Counted from the stretch's first letter, positions 40,866 to 54,600 are shown. The stretch is 64,000 nucleotides of DNA from Eledone cirrhosa (GCA_964016885.1 OZ024741.1:178250001-178314000); one strand, 5' to 3'. The notes: generated by a model not told the origin, from the letters alone. Translations and numbers: made by a program.

Positions 40866-41899
40866 TGGGAATAGGTGCAGATCCAACAAAGGGATATAAA
40901 TACACCCTGGGAATGTTTGAAAGCATTTTGTTCCGATTCCAGTTGGTGAAATATCTCTACATTTTGGTGAAAGTTGTTAATCCAATAACTACACTGCCGA
41001 TATTAGTGTCAAGACAGAAAACTGTCACCGTCATAAATGCAACCAGGACATCTTCAGTTGGAAACGTATATCCAACGAGACATTAAGTGATAACATAAAA
41101 TAATCAAATAATTACATAAATTAGTATGTAAATCTAATTTATTACACATTGGAATCTGTGCAATTGGGACCCATTTGCAGGAAAATTTTATGCCGTGTCT
41201 CCAAGTTCAAGCGCAATTATTACATATGTTACGGAGCTCATAAGACATCGGGTTTTCTTCATAAACTATAAATTGTTTATATTTTGTGAGGTAGGTTAAA
41301 GGACTCTCTCGACTTGCATCATCCCTTAACAATTACCATTAGTCAAAGAGGATTTAATTTCAATAATGAACCTAAACCATATATCTTTGTTTCAATAGAA
41401 CTCTCACATTTCCCGTTATTTCTGTTATCAATAATTAATTGAGCAAACAACTATTGATTTAGTAATTCACTCACCTAAAATTCTTAATTGACTACTTAAA
41501 ACGTTTCAGAAGTTTTAAAGTTTAAAGTGGTGTAAAGAGGATGTTTATCATCATCACAATGTCGCTGTGCCCCTGGCTGATAATATTTTCAGTTATATTC
41601 AGGCTAAAAGGGTGTTTTGATATGCAGTTATATTGCCGAAATAATAGAGAAATGATTTCTATATCTGAATATAGATTCATTAGTTCGTGACTTTTTATTC
41701 TGGTATTGATTTTCCACCATAATATAGAACAAGACATGAAATCATATGTTTTAGTTTACCTTACTAGGTAATAGTCGTTTGCTCACGTCGGGAAATTAAT
41801 AGTTTATCTTTAGCTTCACAATCGCAATAGATACTGCCACAATTAGTGGCATGTTTTACCTCCGAAGCCGTCTTTGAACCTATCATCGTTCAAATTTAA

Positions 41900-41934
41900 T
41901 ATCATCATCATCATCATCACCATCATCATCGTAC

Positions 41935-41983
<49 letters not shown>

Positions 41984-41995
41984 TATCATCATCAT
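41900..41995. repeat. (ATC)n microsatellite
   Basis: Read directly. Confidence 0.95.
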
Positions 41996-43167
41996 CCATA
42001 TTAAGACGTCGGTATTTATCATCATTATCACCACAGTTGTCTTTTTTTGTGACAATAACCGCTGCTGTTGTTGATTTAACAATTCTCTCAATAAATATGA
42101 AGTTAAAGTGATTTTCTAAAATTTCTTTGCAATATTATATTTCTTATATTTCTTTATATTCGTTATTTTGTAAATATTTATTGTCATTTGATTTAGATAT
42201 CTCGAAAATATTCCGACTTTAACACATAAAACAACCTTGAGCTGGGTTTGTCTCGCTTGGGTATTCAGCCAGATCAAGTGGAGACAGTTGTTTCTGACAG
42301 GACACACTCGAAGGTATGCTTGTAAACTCTGTTGCTATCAACCTTCCGTCAGAAGAAGAAGAAGAAGAATATAAATCCGTATGCTGCTTCAAGCTCCGTT
42401 ACACTTGTGATATTACACTTGATAAATGAATAAGCTCTTCAAGCTCAATTAGTCTTATGGTTTCAAATTAGATAAACAATTAACATGTTTCAATGTAAAG
42501 TAAGAGGTATGGGTACCGAAGTAACGTAGGAGATAAGGCGTATCTTGGGTATTTTAAACTTGAAGCATGTCCTTCCCCTTGTCTGGAGCGGATGAGTAGC
42601 TTAAGGAGGAGCGGTGGAGGTGGAGAAGGAATCGACTCTAGTTTGCTAAGTGTTTAGTCGACCGTGAAAAAACGAAAAGAAAATTTAAGTTTGTCGGTAT
42701 TTGAAACTCGACAGACGGAATGAATACCGCAAATCATTCTATTCAAGTTTCTGGCAGAGTTTTAATAGTAAAATCTAAGTGAATAAAGTTTGTTCATATG
42801 AGATTTCATAATTTAATATCAAAACCTATGGATTACGAATCTGAAATGGAATGTTACTCATTCATTTTTAACAGGTAGTGAGTTCATATACTAAATAAGA
42901 GTTTTTTTTTTCTATTCAATCAAATTATATATATGGTGTATAATTATTTTCGACGTATCATAAAATGTTAAATTAAAAGCTAAAAATAATGAAATACAGT
43001 AAAAGTATTACAGTAAAAATATTTCGGATAAAGAATATATTCACGTTGCTTTAATACTATGTTACGAATTGGGTTTCTGTTGTGTTTGGTCTACCGTTGC
43101 AAATTGTTGAATTAGTAAACATTATATATAGTCAAGCAGTAGAAGGCTAGAAATGTTACGTTTGTTA

Positions 43168-43465
43168 CTAGATTTCGTTTGTTGAATTCATTTATAAATT
43201 ATGTATGTTAGAAATGTTCACATTAAATTAATATAAATGTTTTTGAAGCGATAATAATTTTTTCTACTTTTGGCAACAGGCCAACAATTATCCCAATGTA
43301 TTACTGGTGCTTTATTTTATCGACCGACCCCTTACGGAGATAATTGCTGGCCTTGTGCCAAAAGTAGACACAATTATTACTTCAAAAATAAACATTTATA
43401 TTAATTTAATGTGAACATTTCTAACATACATAATTTATAAATGAATTCAACAAATGAAATCTACT
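43168..43465. repeat. Fold-back repeat whose centre holds two oppositely oriented SINE 3' ends
   Basis: tagatttcgtttgttgaattc...ttgaag vs cttcaa...gaattcaacaaatgaaatcta; SINE pieces at 43255-43380. Confidence 0.8.
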
Positions 43466-43477
43466 AATAAATAATAG

Positions 43478-43810
43478 TTATTTCTACTTTTGGCACAGGG
43501 CCAGTAATTATCTCAGTGCTTTACTGGTGCTTTATTTATCGACCCCGTAAGGCAAAATTAACCTCTGAAAGGCAAATTTAACCTCTGCGGGATTTAAAGG
43601 GCCGTAACTATGCTGCAAAGCTTGACGTCCGACCATCTACCGATACTGCCAATCCACCGTCATTTGAAGTAATAATAATTGTTTCTACTTTAGGCACAAG
43701 GCCAGCAATTACCCAGTGCATTACTGGTACTTTATTTTATCGACCCCGTAAGGATGAAAAGCAAAGTCAACCTCGGCGGGATTTGAACTCAGATCGTAAA
43801 GGGACGTAAT
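43478..43810 (-). mobile_element. Two tandem SINE copies (43478-43660 full-length, 43671-43810 5'-truncated)
   Basis: Reverse complements of the 6284 SINE. Confidence 0.85.
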
Positions 43811-44816
43811 AATGCGATGATAATGCATTACATTATGATTAGAGTCCTAAATATTTCCTTTTCAAATGGTTTTCGAAACTCCACGATGTACCAGAATTAA
43901 CAGAAAAACAATAATTATGGATACAAATATGAACATGAATCTGGGTGAATGAAGCTGTAGTTTTTGAAACAGTTGTAAATAAATAACCATTATGTTAACA
44001 TTTTCGAATTTCTCAAAAAAGAAAGTGGCGGATCCTAACACAGATAGAAGGTGCTTTGACGCACTCCGTCAAAGAAAAAGGGGAAGAAAGAAAGGGAGAA
44101 AGAAGTCAGTGCAAGGGTCATACTACATTCATGCTAGAAAATGCCGCGAAAAAATGCTACTCCAAAGAATCTATAATGGGTGTCTGTATGGTCTAATGTG
44201 TGAACCGAAGATTGGAACATTAAACTTATGTTGCGAGTTATAGGATGAAATTAAATTAGATTAAAAATATTAAATTGCAAAATGATATATTGAAAAATAA
44301 GTTATTAGAGAATTAAAGATTAAGGTAGCGAGATTTATTTATTTAATGAACTTACGGAGAGAGTCTTATATGAACAAACTTTTATCTCGATAAGTTATCA
44401 GGATGGGATATAGAGTAAAGATTTCGATTGGGAGTACCAGCAATATATATATATATAAATGAGTACCAGCAATATATATATATATATATATGCATATGTA
44501 TATGTATATATATACGTGTGTGTGTGTGTTTCTTTGTGTGGGTATGTATATGCCTTTTATATGTAAATATATATGCATATGTATGTAAAAGATGAACAGA
44601 AATAACAAAGCATATAACACAGTGCATTGAAGAAATATATTAGCTTAACGTTTGAAATAGCGGGAAAAGAACCTTAACGGTTCAGGCACTAGTCCTTCCT
44701 CGGGAGATAGAGTTATAAACAGACGACAAATAGAGGGAAAAGAGTGAGAAGAAGAAGGAACGGGAAATAATGAGAAAAAACACCGAAGTCAAAGAAAAGT
44801 GCGTATTCGGTCAGCC

Positions 44817-44878
<62 letters not shown>

Positions 44879-44881
<3 letters not shown>

Positions 44882-45679
44882 ATAATAATAAAGTATCTTT
44901 TCCTACGTGCAAAAAGTGCATATAGGGCCACATGTGTTATCCAACCGTATGCCAATGTGGTTCTATGGCAGGTTAATAAATTAGCGAGCCAGAACATATA
45001 TAATCAAGGTTTAGCAAATAAAAAAAAAGTTTTAAAATAAATTACAAAAGGTTTACTGTACTTACTATATTTGCCCTTACCGCGCGGTTTCAATTCTCAA
45101 AATAAATGGATGATCAATGCGGAACACCATTGATAAGGAAAATTTCGTCAGAGGGTTCTTCTCACTCGGAGAATATAAAATTCCCGACTTCAAATCACGA
45201 ACTGGAGCCATACAGAACTGTTCCCGGATAAGAGTGTATGATAAGGAAACAATCTTGTCTAGTGCCGTGTGTAAAGATAGCAGGCAAGGGCGGAAAGGTC
45301 AATGTCCTAGACAAGATTGTTTCCTTATCATACACTCTCATCCGGGAACAACTCTGTATGGCGCCAGTTCGTGATTTGAACTCGGGAATTTTATATTCTC
45401 CGAGTGAGAAGAACCCTCTGACAAATGTCTTCTTCTCAATGGATTTCCGCATGGATTATCCATTTATTTTGAGACTTGAAACCGCGCGGTAAAGGTAATT
45501 ATAGCAGGTACAGTGAACTTTTTAAAATTTATTTTAAAACTTTTTCTTATTTGCAAAACCTTGATTATATATGTTCTGGCTCGTTAATATATTAACCTGC
45601 CATAGAACCACATTGGCATACTGTTGGATAATACATGTGTCCCTATATGCATTTTGTATGTAGGGAAACATACTTTATT

Positions 45680-45690
<11 letters not shown>
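44879..45690. mobile_element. ~810-bp fold-back of a PLE pLTR-like unit (diverged arms, centre ~45285)
   Basis: ataataataaagtat..acatgtgttatccaac..agaacatatataatcaagg mirrored at 45560-45690; each arm has an HHR motif. Confidence 0.85.
45074..45155 (-). ncRNA. Type I HHR with extended stem II (mirror 45414-45495 has the core mutated to CTGACAA)
   Basis: Reverse complement: ccct CTGACGA aattttc...gagaatt GAAAccgcgcgGTA aggg; palindromic stem III accgcgcggt. Confidence 0.78.
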
Positions 45691-45711
<21 letters not shown>

Positions 45712-45831
45712 TATATACATACATATATATATTTTTATAAAATTAAAAAATAATAATATATAGCAATATAGAAAAAGACATAGGTGTACATACATACACA
45801 CACACACATACACGCAGTCAGATAAAAGCAA

Positions 45832-45900
<69 letters not shown>

Positions 45901-45901
<1 letters not shown>

Positions 45902-46011
45902 GTAGGTCCCGGGTTGAGTCGGGGATAACCACAGTAAGGTACTCAATACATGGCAGAGTAAAAAATTTTTTTTTTTTTGGAGCTTCTACAGGACTAGTAC
46001 TGTTTCATTCA
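45901..46011 (-). mobile_element. Truncated pLTR end of the 17-20 kb PLE family (HHR 3' half plus tail)
   Basis: ccgggttgagtcgg..aaccacagtaaggtactcaataca..ttctacaggactagtactgtttcattc matches 16955-17060. Confidence 0.8.
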
Positions 46012-46289
46012 GATAAAGAGAGAGATGGAGATGGGAGAGGATAGTATAGGAGGGGAGAGATTTTGGAATTAGTTAGAAGCCAAACGGTAAAGGCATGTGT
46101 TCAATGTGCAATATGCAGTGGAAGGCAGCTAGGTGGCTGGGTTCATGCAGAGGTTAGGTGCACAGAGCTGGAAATATTCAGTTATGCAAAACAAGACCAC
46201 ACATTTCACAAGGAAGACATTATTAAAAGATTGTCAACATATTTTAGTTTGATGTAAGGAATGTAGAGAATAATAATAATACCAATAAT

Positions 46290-46479
46290 AATAATTGTTT
46301 CTACTTTAGGCACAAGGTCATCAAATACCCAGTGCATTACTGGTACTTTACTTTATCGACCCCCGTAAGGATGAAAGGCAAAGTCAACCTCGGCGGGATT
46401 TGAACTCAGATCGTAAAGGGACGTAACTATGCTGGAAAGCATGGCGTCCGACCCTCTACCGATACTGCCAATCCACCGC
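46290..46479 (-). mobile_element. Full-length SINE
   Basis: Reverse complement of the 6284 family. Confidence 0.88.
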
Positions 46480-46480
46480 A

Positions 46481-46890
46481 TAATAATAATGTCCGTTTAC
46501 AATTGTTTCGCTACTCCATATAATATTTCTGGATCAAATTATTATATATCATTATTGATCTGGTTCAGTTGAAAATAATTAACATAGGTAAAGATAGAGC
46601 AGCTCATCGGAACTTCAAAGGGAATATAAATTAAAATAAGGAAAGACTGTTACATAAATGTAATGTTCCATATGTTGGTATTTCACTATGGTGCCCTGGG
46701 TATATCAATTGTCTGCCATAGTCGAGCAGTATTCTTCTGTATAGTGCTTTTGAAGTTCCGATGAGCTGCTCTATCTTTACTTATGTTAATTATTTTCAAC
46801 TGAACCAGATCAATAATGATATATAATCATTTGTTCCATAAATATTATAAGGAGTAGCGAAACAATTGTAAACGGACATTATTATTATTG
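46481..46890. mobile_element. Fold-back pLTR pair with HHR-like motifs at 46495-46613 (-) and 46755-46873 (+)
   Basis: gtt CCGATGA gctgctc...gagtagc GAAAcaattGTA aac in both arms. Confidence 0.75.
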
Positions 46891-46983
46891 GTATTATTAT
46901 TATTATCATCAAACTAAAATATGTTGACAATCTTTTAATAATCTCTTCCCTGTGAAATCTGTGGTCTTGTTTTGCTTAACTAA

Positions 46984-47035
<52 letters not shown>

Positions 47036-47051
47036 GGTATATATACATACA

Positions 47052-47096
<45 letters not shown>

Positions 47097-47591
47097 GTAT
47101 ATATACATACATGCATATACACACATATACATATATATATATATACATAAACATACATACACATATACAAACACAAATATATAAACATATACAGACATAC
47201 ATACAGACATATACAAATACATATACACACTCACATATATCACATACATATACATCTACACTTACATGCATATATACGTATATATCAAAAGCTTGTATTG
47301 AGTTAGAAACTCAAAATAGTCACATTACGGTAGTTTCCACAATACTGGTTTGTATTTATTTTTCTTAATTTGTTCTTAAATTGAGTCCAGCAAAGCCTAT
47401 TGTCTGTAGTTAGTATTTTTTTCACCTTAGCGATTTTGGTCCATTACGATTTGAACATATATATATATGTCTGTGTTCGTTTTTTCCATTTTGTTCAGTT
47501 ATATACATATATATGTATATATGGCACAGACACACTTGTTTGCAAAAACATACATATGCGATCACACACACATATATACATATATATATAT

Positions 47592-48203
47592 ATAGAAAGA
47601 TTTGAATGGATACAGTTTAGTTGAAAGGAATTTATTGACACGTGTTTCTATAACAGTTGCATAACCTGAAAACAGCTGCTATCTACAAAGTATTAGTTAT
47701 GCAGGCATTCAATATTTCAATGTTATTATTTACTGTCATTTCATCAGAATAATATTACTGAGGACCTGTTTGGTCTTTATAGAGAATATTGAGAGGGAGG
47801 GGTGAAGTTGTTAGAAGAATAGTTGAGGGAGTGGTTTTTTGATAGCAGTGAGAATTGTTGGTGGCAGTGAGTAATTAGATTCCCATCTGTTGTTTTGACA
47901 TTTTTATAGAATATATTATATAGAATATATTATAAATATATAGTGATACGGAGACGTCACACGAATATAGTTATACATGAATACAATCACATACGCAAAA
48001 CTACAAATAGATACATGAGTCCAGTGGAAGTATAAGAAGGTTCGAGTATGCAAAAATACAAATGAACACACGCAGATAACCACACACATAAATACATATA
48101 TACATACGCACGCAACCACATATATATATAAATAAAAAAATATTTTTCGTAATATACGATTTCACTATATGAATCGAGCGCGATATCACACATATACATA
48201 CAC

Positions 48204-48247
<44 letters not shown>

Positions 48248-48561
48248 ACAGGGAGAAAAAGATGATTAGTAGGAAGAGAAATATATATTTTTTCCTTTTT
48301 ATTAAATATCGTTATAGGTAATCGAGTTAGAGGTTATGAAAACTTCGTATTATGGATAGTTTTGGCGTACGGCGTTGTTTGACTCAACAAGGGGTTTACG
48401 TAGGTGGCGGTTTATTATTTCACTTGCATTCCTACGTCAGTTTATCTTGGAGTAATTAAATTGAAAAAGTAAAGAATAACATGGTCAACAGTACAATAAC
48501 CCATTTTTTGTACTGTTGACCATGTTATTCTTCACTTTTTCAATTTTATATATATATATAT

Positions 48562-48609
<48 letters not shown>

Positions 48610-49042
48610 TAATATATATACATACAGATACAAACATATACACATGCACACATGTACGCATATATATAATTACATATATATAAATAAAAATATATGTGTT
48701 AGATGATTCCGAAAAGTGCTCTATCTGTAGAACAGTACTGTAAAAATAATTTGTTGTTGAAAGTTTGTTATCAATGCCAAAGGTGGGAAAATAAGAGAGA
48801 ATGTTCAGGAAAAGATGAAGTCAAAAAGTGAATAATGTGTAAAATAAGTAAAAAATATAGTAAAATAAGTGTTGAATATATAAAGTAAGAGAGATTGTTC
48901 GAGGTAAAAGTAAGGAAAAAAAAGAAATGAATAAAATAGTTGTAATATAAAATAAGGGCTTAATATAAGTGTTAAATGTGTGATAAAGGTTGTTTTTCCT
49001 TTGGAATTACCTAACATATATATAGGTATATATACATATATG

Positions 49043-49086
<44 letters not shown>

Positions 49087-50587
49087 CTAGAAAAACTACG
49101 CAAAGATATAAGAAAACTACTACTCGAAATAGGACTAACTATAACATATGAATACAACCTTAAAGTAGTTAACTTCCTGGATGTCACACTCAATTTAAAC
49201 TCTGGTCTGATTAAACCGTTTCATAAATTGAATGAAAATCTCAAGTACGTAAATGTTGGGTCTAACCACCCCATCTCTATAATTAAATCTATCCCTAAAA
49301 ATATTTCCCTTAGAATCTCGGGTCTATCTTCTAACATACAAGTATTTAAGGAACACGCCGAGTACTACGATAACGCCCTTAGTAAAGCAGGCTACCTCAA
49401 CAACATAGAGTATATAGATGAGAACAATCAAAACACCCAAAATAAATCCAACATAGGTAGATATAATAGCACAACACCAAACCACACCTACTACCATAGT
49501 ATACACACCAGTAAACCAACAAACAAAACTAATAGAAATCGATGCAAAGAGTACTTATGGTATAACCCTGAATACAATAGTTTCATTAATACAAATTTAC
49601 CAGTACTCTTCTTTAAAATAATGAAGAGACATTTTCCTACATCACACAAATACAACAAAATCCTAAACCCTACCACTATAAGACTGTCATACTCTACAGC
49701 GTTAAACCTTGAACAACACATAAAAAAGATCAATACTAGAAGGTTAAACGAAAACACTAAAAACTTAAGTACAAAGAACACAAAAAAAACAGTAGACAAT
49801 ACACTACAGAACATAAATAAACCACACCTAAGTTTGTCCGCAATACTACTCCAGAGAAAACCCAACGTACACAACTGTAACTGCACCTATGCTGACAACT
49901 GCCCCCTCGGCAATAACTGCCGGGAAAAAAATATTATTTATAAGTGTACCATTAAATCCGGAGGCAACGAGTGGTATTACGTGGGATCAACGGCAACATC
50001 GTTTAAATCTCGATTATATAGGCATTCTTACTCAATAAAACACCAGAGCCAAAGAAATGTAACAACTTTAGCAGAAAAAGCTTGGACGCTCAGGGATAGC
50101 GATCAAAAGTTTACCCTAAAATGGGAGAAAACCCAAAGCTTTTCCAGGAGCCAAAATTTCTGCAAATTGTTTAATCTTGAGATCTATTACATAATCATAC
50201 ACAAGAGGAAATTGCTGAATAACAGAATTGAACGAACATTATTCTGCCGTCACCGAACTAAAACCCTTTTTTCCCACTACAAGCTGAATATTACATAAAA
50301 GAGGGACAACCCCCCCCCCCCCCCCCAACTATATAAACCTCAATCTAGTTAGAAAAATATAAAAACAATCTCTTCTCAACATATATATGTATATTAATAA
50401 CCTTAAATTACCACACTAATAATGGAAAGATATGCTGATGAGAAAAGGTGCAAATATGCTATAATGATTGTGTCTAAAAGCGACCATATGTATGTATATA
50501 TAAGTGAAAATGTATATAAATAAGTAAATATATATATATATGTTTGATGTGTATAGTTATATGTAAGTGCATTCATGTATTAAAGTG

Positions 50588-50668
<81 letters not shown>

Positions 50669-51440
50669 GACTGGAGTATGTGTGTGTCTATACGTGTGTA
50701 TATAAAGATAAGTTGAGTATGAAAATGTATACACATGAACGCGTATGTATGTACATGTATATATGTGTATATATATATGTATGCATGTGTATATGTATGT
50801 AAGTATGAGCATGTAAGTATGTGTATGTGAGTATATGTATTTTGTAGAGGAGTGCATATATGTTTGTGTGTGAATGCGTGGGCGAAAGGATACGTACACT
50901 TGAAAGAAAAAATTTAAGTCTGAATGTTAATTAAGTGCAAACACAAAACCAACCACGCATATCTATACTATCTCTAATCCTTCTATAGATTTAGAAAAAA
51001 TAACCAATAATATATTCTATAAAAATGTCAAAACAACAGATGGGAATCTAATTACTCACTGCCACCAAATATTCTCACTGCTATCAAAAAACCACTCCCT
51101 CAACTATTCTTCTAACAACTTCACCCCTCCCTCCTAATATTCTCTATAAAAACCAAACAGGTCCTCAGTAAAATTATTCCGATGAAATGACAGTTGATAA
51201 TAACATTGAAATATTGAATGTCTGCATAACTAACACTTTGTAGATAGCAGCTGTTTTCAGGTTATGTAACTGTTATAGAAACACGTGTCAATAAATTCCT
51301 TTTAACTAAACTGTATCCATTAAAATCCTTCTATTTTTCTCCGGATTACTTTTGGAACTACAACTGGAACCGTCGAGCAAACTCTACGTGAGCTGTCCAT
51401 CTACTGTGTGTAATATTTATATTACAACACTACGGAAAAT
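47592..51440 (+). mobile_element. Penelope-like element with inverted pLTR arms (47592-47918 vs 51008-51334)
   Basis: Diverged inverted arms with HHR-like cores (47706-47751 -, 51175-51220 +) enclosing the RT-thumb/GIY-YIG ORF; nested fold-back of the 5.7-5.9 kb family at 48300-48550. Confidence 0.8.
49087..50298 (+). CDS. PLE polyprotein C-terminal part: RT end, thumb, Cys knuckle and GIY-YIG endonuclease (5'-truncated)
   Basis: VVNFLDVTLNL..SNHP..WYNP..RLSYST..CNCTYADNCPLGNNC..NIIYKC..WYYVGST..FKSRLYRH..TTLAEKAWTLR..LLNNRIE..CRH. Confidence 0.9.
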   Translation, partial: LEKLRKDIRKLLLEIGLTITYEYNLKVVNFLDVTLNLNSGLIKPFHKLNENLKYVNVGSNHPISIIKSIPKNISLRISGLSSNIQVFKEHAEYYDNALSKAGYLNNIEYIDENNQNTQNKSNIGRYNSTTPNHTYYHSIHTSKPTNKTNRNRCKEYLWYNPEYNSFINTNLPVLFFKIMKRHFPTSHKYNKILNPTTIRLSYSTALNLEQHIKKINTRRLNENTKNLSTKNTKKTVDNTLQNINKPHLSLSAILLQRKPNVHNCNCTYADNCPLGNNCREKNIIYKCTIKSGGNEWYYVGSTATSFKSRLYRHSYSIKHQSQRNVTTLAEKAWTLRDSDQKFTLKWEKTQSFSRSQNFCKLFNLEIYYIIIHKRKLLNNRIERTLFCRHRTKTLFSHYKLNIT

Positions 51441-51444
51441 ACTG

Positions 51445-51569
<125 letters not shown>

Positions 51570-51577
51570 ATATATTA

Positions 51578-51607
<30 letters not shown>

Positions 51608-51608
<1 letters not shown>

Positions 51609-51913
51609 ATAACTAGAAATTGATTAACATATATATAAACAAGAATAATCACAGGAGAAAATTTTTACAAGTGTGTAACCACACATAGCTAGGTAGGTAA
51701 TTAAAAGCTATGTGTGGTTACACACTTGTAAAAATGATCTCCTGTGATTATTCTTGTTTAAATATATGTTAATCAATTTCTACTTATTATAAAATACTCG
51801 ACCTACTCGTTAGAATATTGGAGCTTATTTTCCGGGTGATATGGCGCATGTCTTTCTGGCATGACACCCATAATTTTGATTTCGATTAAATTCATTTAAT
51901 TTATCTTAATTTT

Positions 51914-51915
<2 letters not shown>
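51608..51915 (+). repeat. Fold-back pLTR end plus tail
   Basis: Arms 51608-51690 vs 51706-51790, followed by aaaatactcgacc..ggcgcatgtc. Confidence 0.75.
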
Positions 51916-51995
<80 letters not shown>

Positions 51996-52002
51996 ATATA
52001 TC

Positions 52003-53200
52003 TATAGTACAAACAGGGTTTTATTTACAGTATTAATAATTGTTTCATTGATTACGGTGTCTAAAGATCGCTAATCACTTGAAGTAGTGTCACTCAATGT
52101 TAAATACATATATGCCTCCAAATGTAACTGCCACTTATCGGATACGTGCCCACTACAAAATAGATGCCTGGAATCAAATATGGTGTACCTGTGTACTATA
52201 AATAACTGTGAACTATAAACTTAGCATGGCACTATATGGGTTCTACGGCTGGGGCTTCAAAAAAAGATGGTACGTCCACAGATATTCTATGAAGAACCGT
52301 AGACTAGTGAACACAACGCTGGCCAATAAAATCTGACAACTTAAGGATACAAACCAAGAATAGAGGATTAGCTGGTCGAAATTATCGGGAGCAAAGGCCT
52401 ACAGAAATGGAATGTCCCACTGCGGAGTTGTTCCATATTTTAAAGTATGGCAAAATGTTGCTTAACAACAAAATAGAACGGTGAATTTTCTGTAGGCACA
52501 AAGCAGCTACTAAATTCGCAAATTTCAAACCAACATGATTCGATCCAACAATCCCATAATTCAAGCTGAACCACTTAGAGTCTATTATAATAAACCACTA
52601 TTATTAACTATCAATAGACCAACTAATCACTAAATCAACATCATAATCTCCTAACCTCTCCTTCTTTCACTCTCTATCCTTAAAACTATTTTACCTCATC
52701 TATTTTATCCTATCATGTTCTGACTTCTAATTTATTAATTTATCTTTTATATATTATTTATCTTTATATTCTTTCTTCCTACTATAACACTCTATGATTT
52801 AGCCAATACATATATATTTTAATATGTTCATATTAATAGTATTTATACCCTCATCACATCTTTATACTTACACACTACTATAACTTTAACCACCACTATT
52901 TTCAACATTCATATTATGTTCATTTCTTTCACATATATATATTTTTACTTATTTTTTATCATCTTTATTCTAACTTATTTATTATTATTTATTATTTGTT
53001 CTCTTCTTCTTTTTCTTTTCTTTTTCTTTTTCTTTTTCTTTTTCTTTTTCTCTTTTTACTTTTTACTTTTTTTCTTTTTCTTTCTTTATTATTGATGTGA
53101 TGTTGTTATTTGAATTCTCCTGGTATATTACAAACGCCGGTTGTAATTTTTTGTCAGTTATTCCGATGATTTGATTACACCCTCTCTTATATCTCTAATT
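52003..53200 (+). pseudogene. Decayed PLE: inverted pLTR fragment, GIY-YIG remnant, pyrimidine-rich 3' region
   Basis: CNCHLSDTCPLQNRCLESNMVYLC; RWYVHRYSMKNRRLVNTTLANKI*QLKD; same family as the 4.0-5.9 kb element. Confidence 0.75.
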
Positions 53201-53429
53201 TGCTCTACGTCCTTTTCTCCTTTAAGTTTATCATATTATTTGTGGTATATAAACGTTGAGAGTTGATGAAATAAATCACTGCCAATACTGGAATTGAATA
53301 ATCAAGACCGTAGCGGTATGTCATATATCAAATTATATATTTTGTCTGATGAGGGCGTACAGTAACTTTGAAATATATATAATAAAGTATATATTTTGAT
53401 TATGAGAATATTTTTCATTTGTTAATATT

Positions 53430-53491
<62 letters not shown>

Positions 53492-53492
53492 T

Positions 53493-53667
<175 letters not shown>

Positions 53668-53682
53668 GTACTGTATATATAT

Positions 53683-54600
53683 ATAAAATTGAAAAATTTA
53701 AGAATAACATGGTCGACAATAAAAATAAGGAAATTTATTTCCAGTCTAACAATTGTTTCTATGATAGAGTTGTCGAAAAGTTGCTAAACACAGAAGGTAG
53801 TGTCACTCAATTTAAAATACATATTATCCTCCTCATTTCGTCAGAGACCAAGAGAAAATAAAATAAATATGCTTAACGGTAAATTTACAAATTCAAATTA
53901 CCACATCAATATTAATATTAATAATAAATATATAGAGAGAAACAGAATAAAGGGGACAGATGGGAAGGAGGGGAGGAGGAAAGACGGGAGAGATAAAGAA
54001 AATACAAATAAATATGTAACCGCCAAATTTACGAGTTCACACTGTCACATCAAAATAGTAGTAGTAATAGAGATACAGATAGAAAGAAAAGAGGGGGGAT
54101 AGAAATAGTGAAGGTAGAGAAAAGAAGGAAAGATGAAGAAAGAAACAGAGAAAGAGGCAGAGAAAGCTGAAGAAGGAGAAAGGGAAAGGAAAAGAGAGAA
54201 AGAGAGAAATAGAAGGAAGAAGACCGGGAGAGTATTATAGCTAAAAATGCGCAAGCATGTTCATCAAATGATTAATAAGAATCTCTCAAATACCGCAACT
54301 CTCGCCAACAAAATCTGGCAACTCAAGAATGCAAGCATTGAATACGCGATCAGTTGACATTATTGCCAAAAGCAAAGGGCGGTGAATTGGCAGTATCGGT
54401 AGAGGGTTGGATGCCATGCTTTGATTCATAGAGTTACGGCCCTTGCCATTCTGAGTTCAAATCCCGCCTAGGTTAACTTTGCCTTTCATCCTTACGGGGT
54501 CGATAAAATAAAGTACCAGTAATGCACTGGCTAATTGCTGGCCTTGTGCCAAAAGTAGAAACAATTATTGCTAAAAGCAAAGGCCTATCAGTACGGCTTA
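53683..54600 (+). pseudogene. Inverted pLTR (HHR on - at ~53742-53849) plus short GIY-YIG remnant interrupted by a SINE
   Basis: Reverse complement ggtct CTGACGA...GAAAcaattGTT agact; NTATLANKIWQLKNASIEYAIS. Confidence 0.7.
54378..54568 (+). mobile_element. SINE with ~19-bp target-site duplication
   Basis: Flanks ttattgccaaaagcaaagg (54360-54378) and ttattgctaaaagcaaagg (54565-54583). Confidence 0.88.

Noticed and set aside
41500-42400. Short exon-like frames on the minus strand (e.g. ATNCGSIYCDCEAKDK)
   Set aside because: Splice phases could not be joined consistently; no recognisable homology
47706-47751. Active HHR in the 47.6/51.0 kb arms
   Set aside because: Core and stem II are present, but the best stem I register puts G at the cleavage position; kept only as HHR-like
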